Shown piece after piece: positions 8,829-18,613 of a stretch of DNA of 64,000 bases. Within the stretch, counting starts at the first letter, position 1. Each line of letters starts with the position of its first letter. Source of the stretch: an uncultured Anaerolineales bacterium. GTDB lineage: Bacteria; Chloroflexota; Anaerolineae; Anaerolineales; Villigracilaceae. Under the pieces are notes generated by a model. That model saw nothing but the letters and a program-made list of their open reading frames with translations, did not search any database and was not told where the DNA came from. A program made the translations under genes and the position numbers. The stretch spans positions 2,499,281 through 2,563,280 of the forward strand of contig OW818655.1 in NCBI GenBank assembly GCA_942492975.1, given 5' to 3'.

Positions 8829-8864
8829 AAAACGTCCTTTCGAAAATTCGAAGGGACGTTTTCT
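8829..8864. terminator. Bidirectional hairpin between convergent pepF and GNAT genes
   Basis: aacgtcctttcgaa / ttcgaagggacgtt stem flanked by an A-run and a T-run. Confidence 0.75.
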
Positions 8865-9376
8865 TATATGTCTCTGACCATCAACAGTTCATCGTAATAG
8901 ACATTGTTATAAAAAATGACCCGCGGTTCAACACCATACACGCGAAAGCCTGAACGAACATAGCTACTGATCGCCGCGGGGTTGGTAGCGACCACACCCA
9001 GCTTAACAAACTTCATCGAACGATCTGCCGACCAACGCACGCATGCTTCAATCAACTGACCTGAAATATTTTTTCCACGCCACGCAGGCTGAACATACAC
9101 ACCCCAAATATAGCCGCCATGTTTCATCTTCGTATGTTTATTTCTGCCAATACCTGTCATGCCCACCAAAGCAGACCCAGCCACCGCGACAAAGATGGCA
9201 TTATCTGGCTGGCCTGTTAATTTCTTTTCCCAGTCTGCCACGCTATCTTTGGATTCTTTTTCATAGTCGCTGCCAAAAGCTTCGGGGCGATCTTGAAGCG
9301 CTTCGAGTCTTAACTCGCGCAGGGCTGCTGCATCTGCAACATTCGCCTCGCGGATGATGATCTTAAGATTTTCCAT
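8864..9376 (-). CDS. GNAT family N-acetyltransferase
   Basis: Motif A-like region. Start trimmed to MENLKIIIREANVADAAALRELRLEAL (M41 of the track ORF), so it no longer overlaps the upstream gene. Confidence 0.85.
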   Translation of the reverse strand: MENLKIIIREANVADAAALRELRLEALQDRPEAFGSDYEKESKDSVADWEKKLTGQPDNAIFVAVAGSALVGMTGIGRNKHTKMKHGGYIWGVYVQPAWRGKNISGQLIEACVRWSADRSMKFVKLGVVATNPAAISSYVRSGFRVYGVEPRVIFYNNVYYDELLMVRDI

Positions 9377-9395
9377 ATTATTTTCCCAACGTCTT

Positions 9396-10265
9396 CTATC
9401 GCCAAAGGGGAATGCGTTCTGGAATTCTCTCATCACCCATTTCGAGGCATACCTTTTTAAATCGCGGATACGCGCCCATCCACTTGAGGTCGCCAAGATT
9501 TTCTTTTAATGGAACATCCGTCCGCAGGGTGGATAGTTCACGGTACAACAATGCATCTTTATAATTTTGTTGAAGATTTCCAAGAAGGGTTGTTGCACGC
9601 CCGATTCCCAGACCCAGCTTGTTTGGGTCATTGGGAATGGATTCAATATGCTTAAATTTTGAGAGAACCGTCGCAGTGGACTTTTCTCCCCAACCTTGAA
9701 TCCCTGGATAACCATCTGCTGAATCTCCTACAAGAGCAAGAAAATCAGGGATGGATTCAGGGCCAACGCCAAACTTTTCGGTCACCCCTTTTTCATCAAG
9801 GATGATCTCGCGGCGGCGATCCCAGCAGACGACTCGTTGTCCGTCCACCATTTGCGTCAAATCCTTATCCACCGAACAGATGACGATCTGCTCCACGGAT
9901 TTGGCTTTCTTGAATCGTGCAACAGCGGCGGCAATCGCATCGTCCGCTTCAAACTTGACCATCGGCCAGACCACCATTCCCAAAGCGGCTATTGCCTTTT
10001 CAGCCAGCGGAAACTGATTCAAAATGATCGGGTCAACACCTGCGCTCGATTTGTAACCCTTATACATCTTATTGCGAAACGACTCGATCACATGGTCAAA
10101 CGCAACCGCAACATGTGTCACTTCAGGGTTGGACAAAAGTAAAAGCATGCTACGCAAAAATCCGAGCGTGGCGCCAACTTCCATTCCATAAGGAGACCTC
10201 TTCGGCGGCGCACCAAAGTGAGCGCGAAACAATTCGTAGGTACCATCCACAAGATGTATTTTCAT
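9396..10265 (-). CDS. 5'-3' exonuclease (FEN/PIN + H3TH domains)
   Basis: MKIHLVDGTYELFRAHF..., acidic PIN residues, H3TH-like GYPGIQGWGEKSTATVL. Confidence 0.85.
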   Translation of the reverse strand: MKIHLVDGTYELFRAHFGAPPKRSPYGMEVGATLGFLRSMLLLLSNPEVTHVAVAFDHVIESFRNKMYKGYKSSAGVDPIILNQFPLAEKAIAALGMVVWPMVKFEADDAIAAAVARFKKAKSVEQIVICSVDKDLTQMVDGQRVVCWDRRREIILDEKGVTEKFGVGPESIPDFLALVGDSADGYPGIQGWGEKSTATVLSKFKHIESIPNDPNKLGLGIGRATTLLGNLQQNYKDALLYRELSTLRTDVPLKENLGDLKWMGAYPRFKKVCLEMGDERIPERIPLWR

Positions 10266-10278
10266 CTGACCACTCCGT

Positions 10279-10881
10279 TTACACTTTCTGTAACTTGATC
10301 AAATCTTTCAAGGCTTTCTTCAAGGCCGCGCTTTTTAATTTTATATCCTTCATGTCAAAAAAGTAAGCCATACGCCTGTCTGCATATTGCCCTTCCAACA
10401 ATTCACTTTTTACTTTGGATATCATCGGGTTATGAAACACAAGATGGATGCGTTTTTCTTCCCGCAAGTTAAAGGTCACCAAATACTCACCTCTATAATT
10501 AAAGGATGGAGCATTCCATTTAATTTCTTCGTTGATGTCTTTATTCACGCCTTTGATGATGCTTCGCAACGCTTCCACCTCCGCCTTGAGCGGGTGACTG
10601 AGATTCTCAAGAAATTCATCCACCTTATCAGTGCGGCTGACTGGCGATCCCTTCTTCTTTTTCGGCGCGTCATTTGCCGAACCTGCCTTAAACGACAATC
10701 CTTTTTCTTTGAGTGTCTCGCGCAATATGCCAAGTGCTTTCGGCCCCATCCCATGCAGTTGACCCAACTCCGCTTCGGTAACTTTGGTCAACTGCTCAAG
10801 GCGGGAATATCCCGCCGCCTCCAACACTCGTGTGGCTGGCGCTCCAATTTTTGGAAATGCACTGGTATTTTTATCCTTCAT
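10279..10881 (-). CDS. DUF1801 (YdhG-like) domain protein with N-terminal helix-hairpin-helix region
   Basis: N-terminal HhH-like LGQLHGMGPKALGIL and a C-terminal DUF1801-like region. Start set at the ATG preceded by AGGAG. Confidence 0.65.
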   Translation of the reverse strand: MKDKNTSAFPKIGAPATRVLEAAGYSRLEQLTKVTEAELGQLHGMGPKALGILRETLKEKGLSFKAGSANDAPKKKKGSPVSRTDKVDEFLENLSHPLKAEVEALRSIIKGVNKDINEEIKWNAPSFNYRGEYLVTFNLREEKRIHLVFHNPMISKVKSELLEGQYADRRMAYFFDMKDIKLKSAALKKALKDLIKLQKV

Positions 10882-10893
10882 ATTCACTCCTGT

Positions 10894-12219
10894 TTAGGAT
10901 GGTTCCATTTCCAATGCGGGATTGACTCCATCATTTGTATAACGCTTTGAAAGTAGCTGATAGTATTTCGTTCTCATTGCGATCAGGGTTACGATCAAGC
11001 CAATGATACCCGTCACAGTGAAAACGAGAGCAATGCCGCGATCTGCGCCCGTGCCGAACCAACTGCCGATCAGGCCAACGCCCATGCCCGTGGTCATGAA
11101 CGGGATGAAGAAAAGCTCGGTTACAGGACCAACCATAAACGTAGTCAGAGGCGAGGCGGACATCTCCACGCTTTGGGCAAACCCGAAGACACGTCCCTGT
11201 CTTTCGAGCGGGACAACTTTTTGGATGATGGTATGTTCCGCTGCTTCAATGAACGGAACCACGCTGATGTAAATGAACATGCCGATGGAAAGCAGCACGA
11301 TGGACGGCTGGATGGTGAACACGCTGGAGATGATCCAGATGACGATGTTGGCAGCGAACATCGCGAACAATGGATTTTTACCGAGCCCCCATTTCGCAAT
11401 AAAAAGTCCGCCAACGATAAAACCGCAGCTGATAACTGCCCAGAGCACACCCCACACTTGAACCGAAACCAGAGATAATCCATAAGCATCCATCAAGCCC
11501 ATGAACACGCCGCCTAAAAAATTATTGAAGGTGGTGAAGAAGATCAACGCAATCATGCCAGGGATGGCGACCACAACCGCGAACGTGCCGCGCAGATCCA
11601 CTTTGCCAGGCATTCCATCCAGATGAACAATTTCTTTCTCTGGAATATTCATGGTAAAGAGGTGCGCGATCGAAAGGGCCATCACGACGATGGCAAGGAT
11701 CAGGACGAGATACATGCCCGAATGTGCAACAAGGAATCCACTGATGGCGGATGTGATGAGGAAAATGATTCCTGTGGTTGTGCCAACGAGGCCGTTTGCT
11801 TTGTCTCGCGAATCTTCAGGAATAAGAATGGTGACTAATGTTGGCAGAGCAATACTGCGGAGGTTGCCAGCGATCACTCCAAGGAGAAGAAGCGGTACGA
11901 AGGTCCACAGAGTGGGGCTGGTGGGATTCTTCCAAGTCTCGGCTGGGACAGAGGTGTAAACCACAAATCCGATCGCATAAATGATCAGCGAGATAAAACC
12001 CGAAATGAGCATGACATTCTTTTTCTTGTTGTGGTCCACCAGACTCCCGAACCAGATGCCAGATGTGGCAGTTGCCACCAAATAGATCCCCGAAACGACG
12101 GAGGTTGCCGTGACCGAATGCGTTTCAAGATAGATAAAAAATATCATCGCAAACCAGACGGTCATGTTAGTGACATTGGCGAGGAGTGTGTTACCGAGTA
12201 TTTGATAAAACGTTTTCAT
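10894..12219 (-). CDS. MFS transporter
   Basis: About 12 hydrophobic helices. Start at MKTFYQILG, preceded by AAGGA (the track start 12249 is an alternative). Confidence 0.85.
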   Translation of the reverse strand: MKTFYQILGNTLLANVTNMTVWFAMIFFIYLETHSVTATSVVSGIYLVATATSGIWFGSLVDHNKKKNVMLISGFISLIIYAIGFVVYTSVPAETWKNPTSPTLWTFVPLLLLGVIAGNLRSIALPTLVTILIPEDSRDKANGLVGTTTGIIFLITSAISGFLVAHSGMYLVLILAIVVMALSIAHLFTMNIPEKEIVHLDGMPGKVDLRGTFAVVVAIPGMIALIFFTTFNNFLGGVFMGLMDAYGLSLVSVQVWGVLWAVISCGFIVGGLFIAKWGLGKNPLFAMFAANIVIWIISSVFTIQPSIVLLSIGMFIYISVVPFIEAAEHTIIQKVVPLERQGRVFGFAQSVEMSASPLTTFMVGPVTELFFIPFMTTGMGVGLIGSWFGTGADRGIALVFTVTGIIGLIVTLIAMRTKYYQLLSKRYTNDGVNPALEMEPS

Positions 12220-12249
12220 GTCGTCATCCTTTTTACAACTTGTAAGCAA

Positions 12250-13644
12250 TTATTTCTGTGGCAAAATGTTTTGATTAAGGTGAAAAAAATTATCAGGGTC
12301 GTACTTCGCTTTGATGGCGGCGAGTCGCTCCCATGTCCCATTTGGATACGCGGCGCGGACTTGTGCTTCGTCCACATCCGCAAGGAAGTTGACGTATGCA
12401 CCATCATCACTTTGGCGCAGAGCCGCAGCGAATTCCGTCACCCAGGTTTCATGAATTTTCTTGTCTTCGGCTTTTTCATAAAGCGCGGCAAGGTTGACCA
12501 TGATCCGCGAATTGCGATGAGCAAACGCAGTGGCATCTACTGGAACGCGGGACATTGCGCCTCCCAATACCCGCAGCTGGGTCACAGCCATTGAGGCATT
12601 CGAACTCTGAAGGCGATTCAAGATCATCTCCGCTTCAGAACGGGTGACATGGTCAATAAACATGGTGCGTCCCGCTGCGAGGGGATGATAATCACCGCCT
12701 TCTTCGGGAGGGAACATTTCAGAGTAGGTCATCGGGCGGATCATATCCGCATAAGGTATGGCGATGGACCGGAATTTGGAAATGACCTGCTCTCCCACTT
12801 CTATATCGCCAGCATAAACCATCATCGCCATGATGATCACCTTGCCATGAACATCTGCTGGAAGGAACGGCATGGGCGGCGCGGTCATCACATTCACAAT
12901 GGCAGAAAGTTCATCGGGAGCAGATTCAGCTTCGGCGATGAAAGAGGCGATAGTGTCCGCAGTTGCAGGCAGGCAAAGCATCCCGCCGAGGATAGTGTTC
13001 ACATCCTGTAATTGGAATTTGAAGCGGGTTGCGACACCAAAGTTTCCGCCACCGCCGCGGATCGCCCAAAATAGATCGGGATGATTTTTGTCATCGACAT
13101 GCAGGAGTTGACCATCGGCGGTCACAACCTCGGCAGCCAGCAGGTTGTCAATTGTGAGACCATGCTTGCGGACGAGATAACCGACACCACCACCCAGCGT
13201 GATTCCACCAAGCCCAACCGTGCCTGTATCGCCAAAGCCTGTAGTGAGACCGTGTGCAGCTGTTGCGGAAACATATTCGCCAGCAGTCAATCCAGTTTCA
13301 GCCCAGGCAGTTTTATCTTGAACATTGATTTGCAGATCCTTCATCGCTGAAAGATCAAGAACGATGCCGCCTTCGGTGGTACCGTAACCTGCGTTGCTGT
13401 GACCTCCGCTGCGGACAGCAAGCTCGATCCCAGCCTCGCGCGCGACAGACACAAGACGGGAGACATCGCCTGCATCTGCAACGCGGACAATTGCTGCAGG
13501 GTGGCGGTCAATTCCGCCATAGAATACTGCACGCGCCTGTTCATATCGCGGGTCATCAGGAGCAATGACCCGTCCGTTGAAGAGCGCGCGCAGCTCTGAA
13601 ATTGAAGGGACAATTTGAGATATTGGGTTGGATTTAATTTTCAT
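12250..13644 (-). CDS. FAD-linked oxidase (FAD_binding_4 + berberine-bridge-enzyme-like C-terminus)
   Basis: VRSGGHSNAGYG FAD-binding region and a C-terminal AYVNF...YDPDNFFHLNQNI BBE-like motif. Confidence 0.85.
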   Translation of the reverse strand: MKIKSNPISQIVPSISELRALFNGRVIAPDDPRYEQARAVFYGGIDRHPAAIVRVADAGDVSRLVSVAREAGIELAVRSGGHSNAGYGTTEGGIVLDLSAMKDLQINVQDKTAWAETGLTAGEYVSATAAHGLTTGFGDTGTVGLGGITLGGGVGYLVRKHGLTIDNLLAAEVVTADGQLLHVDDKNHPDLFWAIRGGGGNFGVATRFKFQLQDVNTILGGMLCLPATADTIASFIAEAESAPDELSAIVNVMTAPPMPFLPADVHGKVIIMAMMVYAGDIEVGEQVISKFRSIAIPYADMIRPMTYSEMFPPEEGGDYHPLAAGRTMFIDHVTRSEAEMILNRLQSSNASMAVTQLRVLGGAMSRVPVDATAFAHRNSRIMVNLAALYEKAEDKKIHETWVTEFAAALRQSDDGAYVNFLADVDEAQVRAAYPNGTWERLAAIKAKYDPDNFFHLNQNILPQK

Positions 13645-13685
13645 TTTTCTCTCCTTACTTCTAAAGTTAGTCTGTAAAATTTTAT

Positions 13686-13768
13686 GTCACTCTGAGGGAG
13701 CGTCCTTTGCGACCGAAGAGTCTCTTACAACGACGTAGAGATCCTTCGCTATCGCTCAGGATGACATC
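13686..13768. repeat. Dispersed intergenic repeat (GTCATCCTGAGCGATAGCGAAGGATCTC... family), copy 1, with imperfect inverted arms
   Basis: The reverse complement of 13716-13768 matches 43224-43277 with about 4 mismatches in 53 nt. The left arm gtcactctgagggagcg resembles the inverted right arm. Confidence 0.7.
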
Positions 13769-13781
13769 ATTGTTGATGGTT

Positions 13782-16031
13782 CTAGTTTTTCAAATATGCA
13801 CTGGTCAGCGATTGCTTTGCAGACAAAAGTTGTTTGGGGGTGCCTTCGAACATAACCTTGCCGCCTTTACTGCCGCCTTCGGGACCCATGTCAATGATCC
13901 AATCGGCGTTCTTGATGACATGCAAATTGTGCTCGATGACAACGACTGTGTTGCCTGTATCGACCAGACGGTCAATGACTTGCATGAGGTGACCAATATC
14001 AGACATGTGCAAGCCAGTGGTGGGTTCGTCCATGATGTAGATGCTTCCCTTTTTGTGCAGTTCACTGGCGAGTTTGATGCGCTGACATTCACCGCCAGAT
14101 AATGTACTCAGAGGCTGCCCAAGACTCAAATAATCCAAACCCACATCGCTCATGGCTTGTAGTTTTTTGACAACTTCTTTGAGCTCAAAATATTCAAGCG
14201 CCTGTTCCACGTTCATCGCCAGCACATCGCTGATGGATTTGCCGTTGAGTTTGTACGCCAACACTTCGTCCTTGAAGCGTTTGCCGCCGCAGATCTCGCA
14301 GGGCGATTTCACACTGTCGAAAAATGACAACTCGGTGAAGACCACACCCAATCCCTGGCAATTTTCACACGCACCTTTCGAATTGAAACTGAACAGCGAA
14401 GCCTGCACCTTGTTTGCCGCAGCAAACGCCTTGCGAACATCATCCAAAATGCCCGTATACGTGGCGGGATTGGAACGGCTGTTGACTCCCACCGCAGATT
14501 GATCGATCACAATCGCATCGGGATGCTGGTGCTGGAAGACCTCATTGATGAGCGAACTTTTCCCAGACCCTGCCACGCCTGTGATCACGGTCAGCACACC
14601 CGTTGGAATGTTGACACTGACGTTTTGCAAATTATTGACTTTCGCATTCTTGATCGGCAGTTTACCTGTCGGCGTGCGGAACTCTTCCTTAATCGGCACA
14701 GATCGCTGCATGTGTTTGCCTGTGAGCGTATTCGCCTTGAGCAAATTTGTATAACTACCTTCGAAGACGATCTCGCCTCCATGCGGACCTGCAAGCGGAC
14801 CCACATCCACGACATGGTCTGCCACTTTGATGACATCGGGATCATGTTCCACAACGATGACCGTGTTGCCCTTGTCGCGTAGTTTCTGCAACAACTCGTT
14901 CATGCGGTGCACATCCCGCGGATGCAAGCCAATGCTCGGCTCATCGAAGATGTACGTCACATCGGTCAGACTGCTGCCAAGATGTTTGACGATCTTCACA
15001 CGCTGTGATTCGCCGCCTGATAACGTATCTGTCTCGCGGTTGAGGCTGAGGTACTCCAGCCCAATATCTACGAGTTCTCCCAAACGTTCGAGAAGTGTCC
15101 GCACCATTGGCTCGGCGGCGGGCACTTTGATCTTTTTCACAGCTTCGATCAATTCAGGGATTTCCATACTCGTCAGATCTGCAATGTTGTAGCCGTTGAT
15201 CTTGCATTTCAAGATGGTCTGGTTCAACCGCGCCCCGTTGCATTCAGAACAATGCCCCATTGTCATGAAAGGCTCCACCGACTTTTGAGTCCGCTCGGAC
15301 TTGGTTTTTAGATCCTGCTTGATGTACTTGTTGGTAAAGCGTTTGACAATGCCTTCGTAGGTCAGGTTGAAGTCTTTTGCCCCCATCTTGGTCTTGACCT
15401 TGATCGGTTCGCTATATAAAAGGTCATTCAATTCCTTCTGGTTGTATTTGGATATTTTCTTATCAGGGTCGAATAAACCCGTGTTGATCACATTACTCCA
15501 GCCCCAACTTTCCACAGCATATTCAGAAAACAGAATCGCGCCTTCATTCAAAGATTTGGATGTATCCAAAAACTTATCCATATCCACATCCAGCTTGCGG
15601 CCGAGTCCGTTGCAGTTTGGGCACATCCCTTGCGGATCGTTGAAGCCGAATACATTGGTGGGTCCTACGTGCGGCTGACCGAGACGCGAAAACATCATGC
15701 GCAGGATCGTGTTGATATCGGTGATCGTGCCAACGGTCGAGTGTGAACCGCCGCCCATGCGCTTCTGATCCACCACAATAGACATGCTCAAATTCTCAAT
15801 GGCATCCGCATCAGGTTGGGAATACTTCGGCAAAAAATTCCGCACGAACATGCTGAAGTTTTCATTCAGCAGGCGTTGAGATTCAGTCGCGATCGTGTCA
15901 AACACAATGGACGATTTACCTGAACCTGAAACGCCAGTGAAAATAGTGATCTTGCGTTTGGGGATGCGCAACGAGACATTCTTTAAATTATTCTCTCGTG
16001 CGCCGCGAATCTCGATATATTCTTGTGGCAT
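13782..16031 (-). CDS. UvrA-like ABC ATPase paralog lacking the UvrB-binding insertion (749 aa)
   Basis: Two ABC modules (GVSGSGKSS, GVAGSGKSS; LSGGE signatures) and Zn-finger CxxC pairs. About 190 aa shorter than canonical UvrA. Start trimmed to MPQEYIEIRGAREN with SD GGAGAG. Confidence 0.9.
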   Translation of the reverse strand: MPQEYIEIRGARENNLKNVSLRIPKRKITIFTGVSGSGKSSIVFDTIATESQRLLNENFSMFVRNFLPKYSQPDADAIENLSMSIVVDQKRMGGGSHSTVGTITDINTILRMMFSRLGQPHVGPTNVFGFNDPQGMCPNCNGLGRKLDVDMDKFLDTSKSLNEGAILFSEYAVESWGWSNVINTGLFDPDKKISKYNQKELNDLLYSEPIKVKTKMGAKDFNLTYEGIVKRFTNKYIKQDLKTKSERTQKSVEPFMTMGHCSECNGARLNQTILKCKINGYNIADLTSMEIPELIEAVKKIKVPAAEPMVRTLLERLGELVDIGLEYLSLNRETDTLSGGESQRVKIVKHLGSSLTDVTYIFDEPSIGLHPRDVHRMNELLQKLRDKGNTVIVVEHDPDVIKVADHVVDVGPLAGPHGGEIVFEGSYTNLLKANTLTGKHMQRSVPIKEEFRTPTGKLPIKNAKVNNLQNVSVNIPTGVLTVITGVAGSGKSSLINEVFQHQHPDAIVIDQSAVGVNSRSNPATYTGILDDVRKAFAAANKVQASLFSFNSKGACENCQGLGVVFTELSFFDSVKSPCEICGGKRFKDEVLAYKLNGKSISDVLAMNVEQALEYFELKEVVKKLQAMSDVGLDYLSLGQPLSTLSGGECQRIKLASELHKKGSIYIMDEPTTGLHMSDIGHLMQVIDRLVDTGNTVVVIEHNLHVIKNADWIIDMGPEGGSKGGKVMFEGTPKQLLSAKQSLTSAYLKN

Positions 16032-16156
16032 GGTCTCTCCTCTGTAGTCTCTGTCAACTATTAAATAAAATGGGTGGGTAAAAGCAATATTGCTTTTACC
16101 CACCCAGGACAAAGGTCGTAATATTTTAGAACGTTTATTCTAATTAGTCAAGACTC

Positions 16157-16624
16157 TTAACTCACCGCTTTTTTCACGAGTGCAACGATCTTTGCCTCTT
16201 CGGTGGCGGTCAACTTGATCAGCGCAAAACTGGTAGCCCACATATTTCCTTCGTCGAGTTTCGCATCGGGTTGGAAGCCGAACGTTGCATATCGCACGTT
16301 GAATTTACCCGCGGCTTGAAAGAAACAAATGACCTTGCCATCCTTGTCTGCATAGGCAGGCATTCCATACCAGGTTTTCGGCATGAGGTTCGGCGCGGCG
16401 GCTGTGACGATCTCATGGATGCGCTTTCCAATGGAGCGATCCGTCGGGTCTTTCATCGCGTTGATCGCCGCAAGAATGGCTTTTTCACCTTCTGTCCTGT
16501 CCTTGCCTGCACGTGCTTCTGCCTTCAACTCTTGAACGCGAGCCTTCATCGCGGCTTTTTCGTCGGCTGTAAATCCTTCACCAGATTTCGCGGCGGGCTT
16601 TTTCGTATCTGTCTTTGTACTCAT
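16157..16624 (-). CDS. DUF1801 (YdhG-like) domain protein
   Basis: Family-like sequence. Start at the ATG preceded by AAGGAG (M8 of the track ORF). Confidence 0.7.
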   Translation of the reverse strand: MSTKTDTKKPAAKSGEGFTADEKAAMKARVQELKAEARAGKDRTEGEKAILAAINAMKDPTDRSIGKRIHEIVTAAAPNLMPKTWYGMPAYADKDGKVICFFQAAGKFNVRYATFGFQPDAKLDEGNMWATSFALIKLTATEEAKIVALVKKAVS

Positions 16625-16663
16625 AAGAATCTCCTTTTTTGACATCTTGCATAAAAACGAATT

Positions 16664-16682
16664 TATCTTTATAATAAAGATA
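16664..16682. promoter_or_regulatory. Candidate MarR operator palindrome TATCTTTA-TAA-TAAAGATA
   Basis: 8-bp perfect inverted arms in the divergent intergenic region, 36 nt upstream of the marR start. It is AT-rich, so chance is possible. Confidence 0.3.
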
Positions 16683-16717
16683 CTTCAAAATAAAGGCAAT
16701 GTCAAGGGCATATTTCT

Positions 16718-17185
16718 ATGACGAAATCAACAAAGGCAGATCTAAAAAAACGGGCTCTGATGGCAGTCAGAGATTATGGCGTTAATTTAACGCAGTTCCG
16801 AAACGCCATGAGTGAATGGGCAGAACTCAACGTCACTGACATGGAATGTCTCAGGGTTCTATTCCAAAAAGGTGTTGCCACACCATCTGAACTTTCCAGG
16901 CATACGGGCCTCACTTCTGGCGCAACGACCGCCATGCTCGATCGGCTCGAAAAAGCTGGGTTAATTGAACGCCGACCCAATCCCAATGATCGCCGCGGCA
17001 CTTTGATCGCTCCTGAAAAATCGAGCGCCGAAAAAATGGCATCATGGTTTGAGTCGGCGAGAAAAGCACAAGATGAATTGGTTTCAGGTTACTCTGAAAG
17101 TGAACTGGAAATCATTGCCGATGTTTTTGAACGATTTGCCAAACTATGGGATGATGAACGCAGGAAGGTTCAAAAAAATCCATAG
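16718..17185 (+). CDS. MarR family transcriptional regulator
   Basis: Winged-HTH region PSELSRHTGLTSGATTAMLDRLEKAGLIERRPNPNDRR. Confidence 0.9.
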   Translation: MTKSTKADLKKRALMAVRDYGVNLTQFRNAMSEWAELNVTDMECLRVLFQKGVATPSELSRHTGLTSGATTAMLDRLEKAGLIERRPNPNDRRGTLIAPEKSSAEKMASWFESARKAQDELVSGYSESELEIIADVFERFAKLWDDERRKVQKNP

Positions 17186-17202
17186 CGGCAGACCGCACTG
17201 CA

Positions 17203-17661
17203 TCATGATCCGTCGTGCGCCTTTTGCAGATCGGCAACAATGATCTTTTGCATCTTGAGCATGGCCTGCATCACACGCCCCGACTTCTCAGGGTTTGGGT
17301 CACCCATCAACTCACCCAATTGCTTCGGTACGATCTGCCACGATAAGCCAAACTTATCCTTAAGCCAGCCGCACATACTTTCTTCACCGCCGTCGGCGAT
17401 GAGCTTGTTCCAAAAATAATCCACCTCTGCCTGGTCTTCACAATTGACGAACATTGAGATCGACTCGTTGAACTTAAACTGCGGACCAGCATTCAAACCG
17501 ATGAATTCCTGTCCATCCAACTCGAATGCTACAGTGAATGCCTTACCATCGGGTCCGCGTGAGATATTGTTCACTTTCGAATTCTTGAAGAGCGAAACAT
17601 AAAAGTTCATCGCCTCTTCTGCTTGTGTGTCGAACCATAAAAACGGGGTGATCTTTTTCAT
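17203..17661 (-). CDS. VOC/PhnB-like (3-demethylubiquinone-9 3-methyltransferase-domain) protein
   Basis: MKKITPFLWFDTQAEEAMNFYVSLF is a typical N-terminus of this family. SD AAGGAG. Confidence 0.8.
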   Translation of the reverse strand: MKKITPFLWFDTQAEEAMNFYVSLFKNSKVNNISRGPDGKAFTVAFELDGQEFIGLNAGPQFKFNESISMFVNCEDQAEVDYFWNKLIADGGEESMCGWLKDKFGLSWQIVPKQLGELMGDPNPEKSGRVMQAMLKMQKIIVADLQKAHDGS

Positions 17662-17674
17662 TTCTAAAGTCTCC

Positions 17675-18049
17675 TTATCCTTTGATCATTTTTAAATTTT
17701 GGGCAAGATGCAGCTTGATCACTTTGTTGACCAGTTTCATCGGCATCGGTTCATCCAGCGGGAATTTCATCGTGCCTTTGCCATCGGCATATTTGGACGC
17801 TTCTTCTTCGAACGCTTCATCCCCCGCTGGAATCGGGTACAGCGATATGTGCTTTTTCCACCCCGCAAAGTGGATCAGGTTCCTGCCGTTCAATTCGAAT
17901 GCCGCGATCTGGTAACTGATCTTTTCCTTCGCTTCAGGCGCGATCTTCTTTATCGCCGCGCGGATCTCCTGCAGGCGTTCATGCGTCTGTTCAGGGCAGG
18001 CGGCGATGTATTCATCCATGGATTGGAAGCCAGGCTTCTTCGTTTTCAT
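17675..18049 (-). CDS. DUF1801 (YdhG-like) domain protein
   Basis: Family-like sequence. 4-nt overlap with the upstream DUF1697 gene. Confidence 0.7.
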   Translation of the reverse strand: MKTKKPGFQSMDEYIAACPEQTHERLQEIRAAIKKIAPEAKEKISYQIAAFELNGRNLIHFAGWKKHISLYPIPAGDEAFEEEASKYADGKGTMKFPLDEPMPMKLVNKVIKLHLAQNLKMIKG

Positions 18050-18600
18050 TCTTTCTCCTTATTCATGATCGCCAGCAATCGGGTTGTCGTATTCCAGTTG
18101 CGGATGGTCATATTTTGATACATAGGAAGCGAGATGATCCTGCTCAGGCGGCTTTGCGATGCCCTGCTGATGAGACGTGAAAAGTAAAGCACATACTTCC
18201 CTTTATAGGCTTGGTCGACTCCATCCCTAGTGCTGACCTGTTCCATTGCTTCAGCAGGTGTGAGCGGGTCTTTCAGGAAGATGACATCGTATCGATAGAC
18301 ATCAGGCTCATCACCAAATCCCTTGGGGGCGCCAGCGACGATCTTTTTCATTTCAGGGTGAGCAACAAGGACGAGGCGGGATGTGTAGCTAAATCTCTTC
18401 GATAATTCTTTCTCGATTCTGTCTATCAACCTGGCGTTGTCTTTTTCAACAGACGCAAAGACCACATTGCCGCTTTGAATATAGGTTGTCACATCAGAAA
18501 AGCCCATTGATTCAAAGCTGGCTTTCAAGTCTGCCATTTTGATGATGTTCTTTCCGCCGACGTTGATTCCACGTAGCAGGGCAAGATATTGAACAGGCAT
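18046..18600 (-). CDS. DUF1697 domain protein
   Basis: N-terminus YLALLRGINVGGKNIIKMADLK is characteristic of DUF1697. Confidence 0.8.
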   Translation of the reverse strand: MPVQYLALLRGINVGGKNIIKMADLKASFESMGFSDVTTYIQSGNVVFASVEKDNARLIDRIEKELSKRFSYTSRLVLVAHPEMKKIVAGAPKGFGDEPDVYRYDVIFLKDPLTPAEAMEQVSTRDGVDQAYKGKYVLYFSRLISRASQSRLSRIISLPMYQNMTIRNWNTTTRLLAIMNKEKE

Positions 18601-18613
18601 CGCGGACTCCTTC

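Noticed and set aside
13707-14102. 131-aa plus-strand ORF.
   Set aside because: It starts inside the dispersed repeat and runs antisense to the UvrA-like gene.
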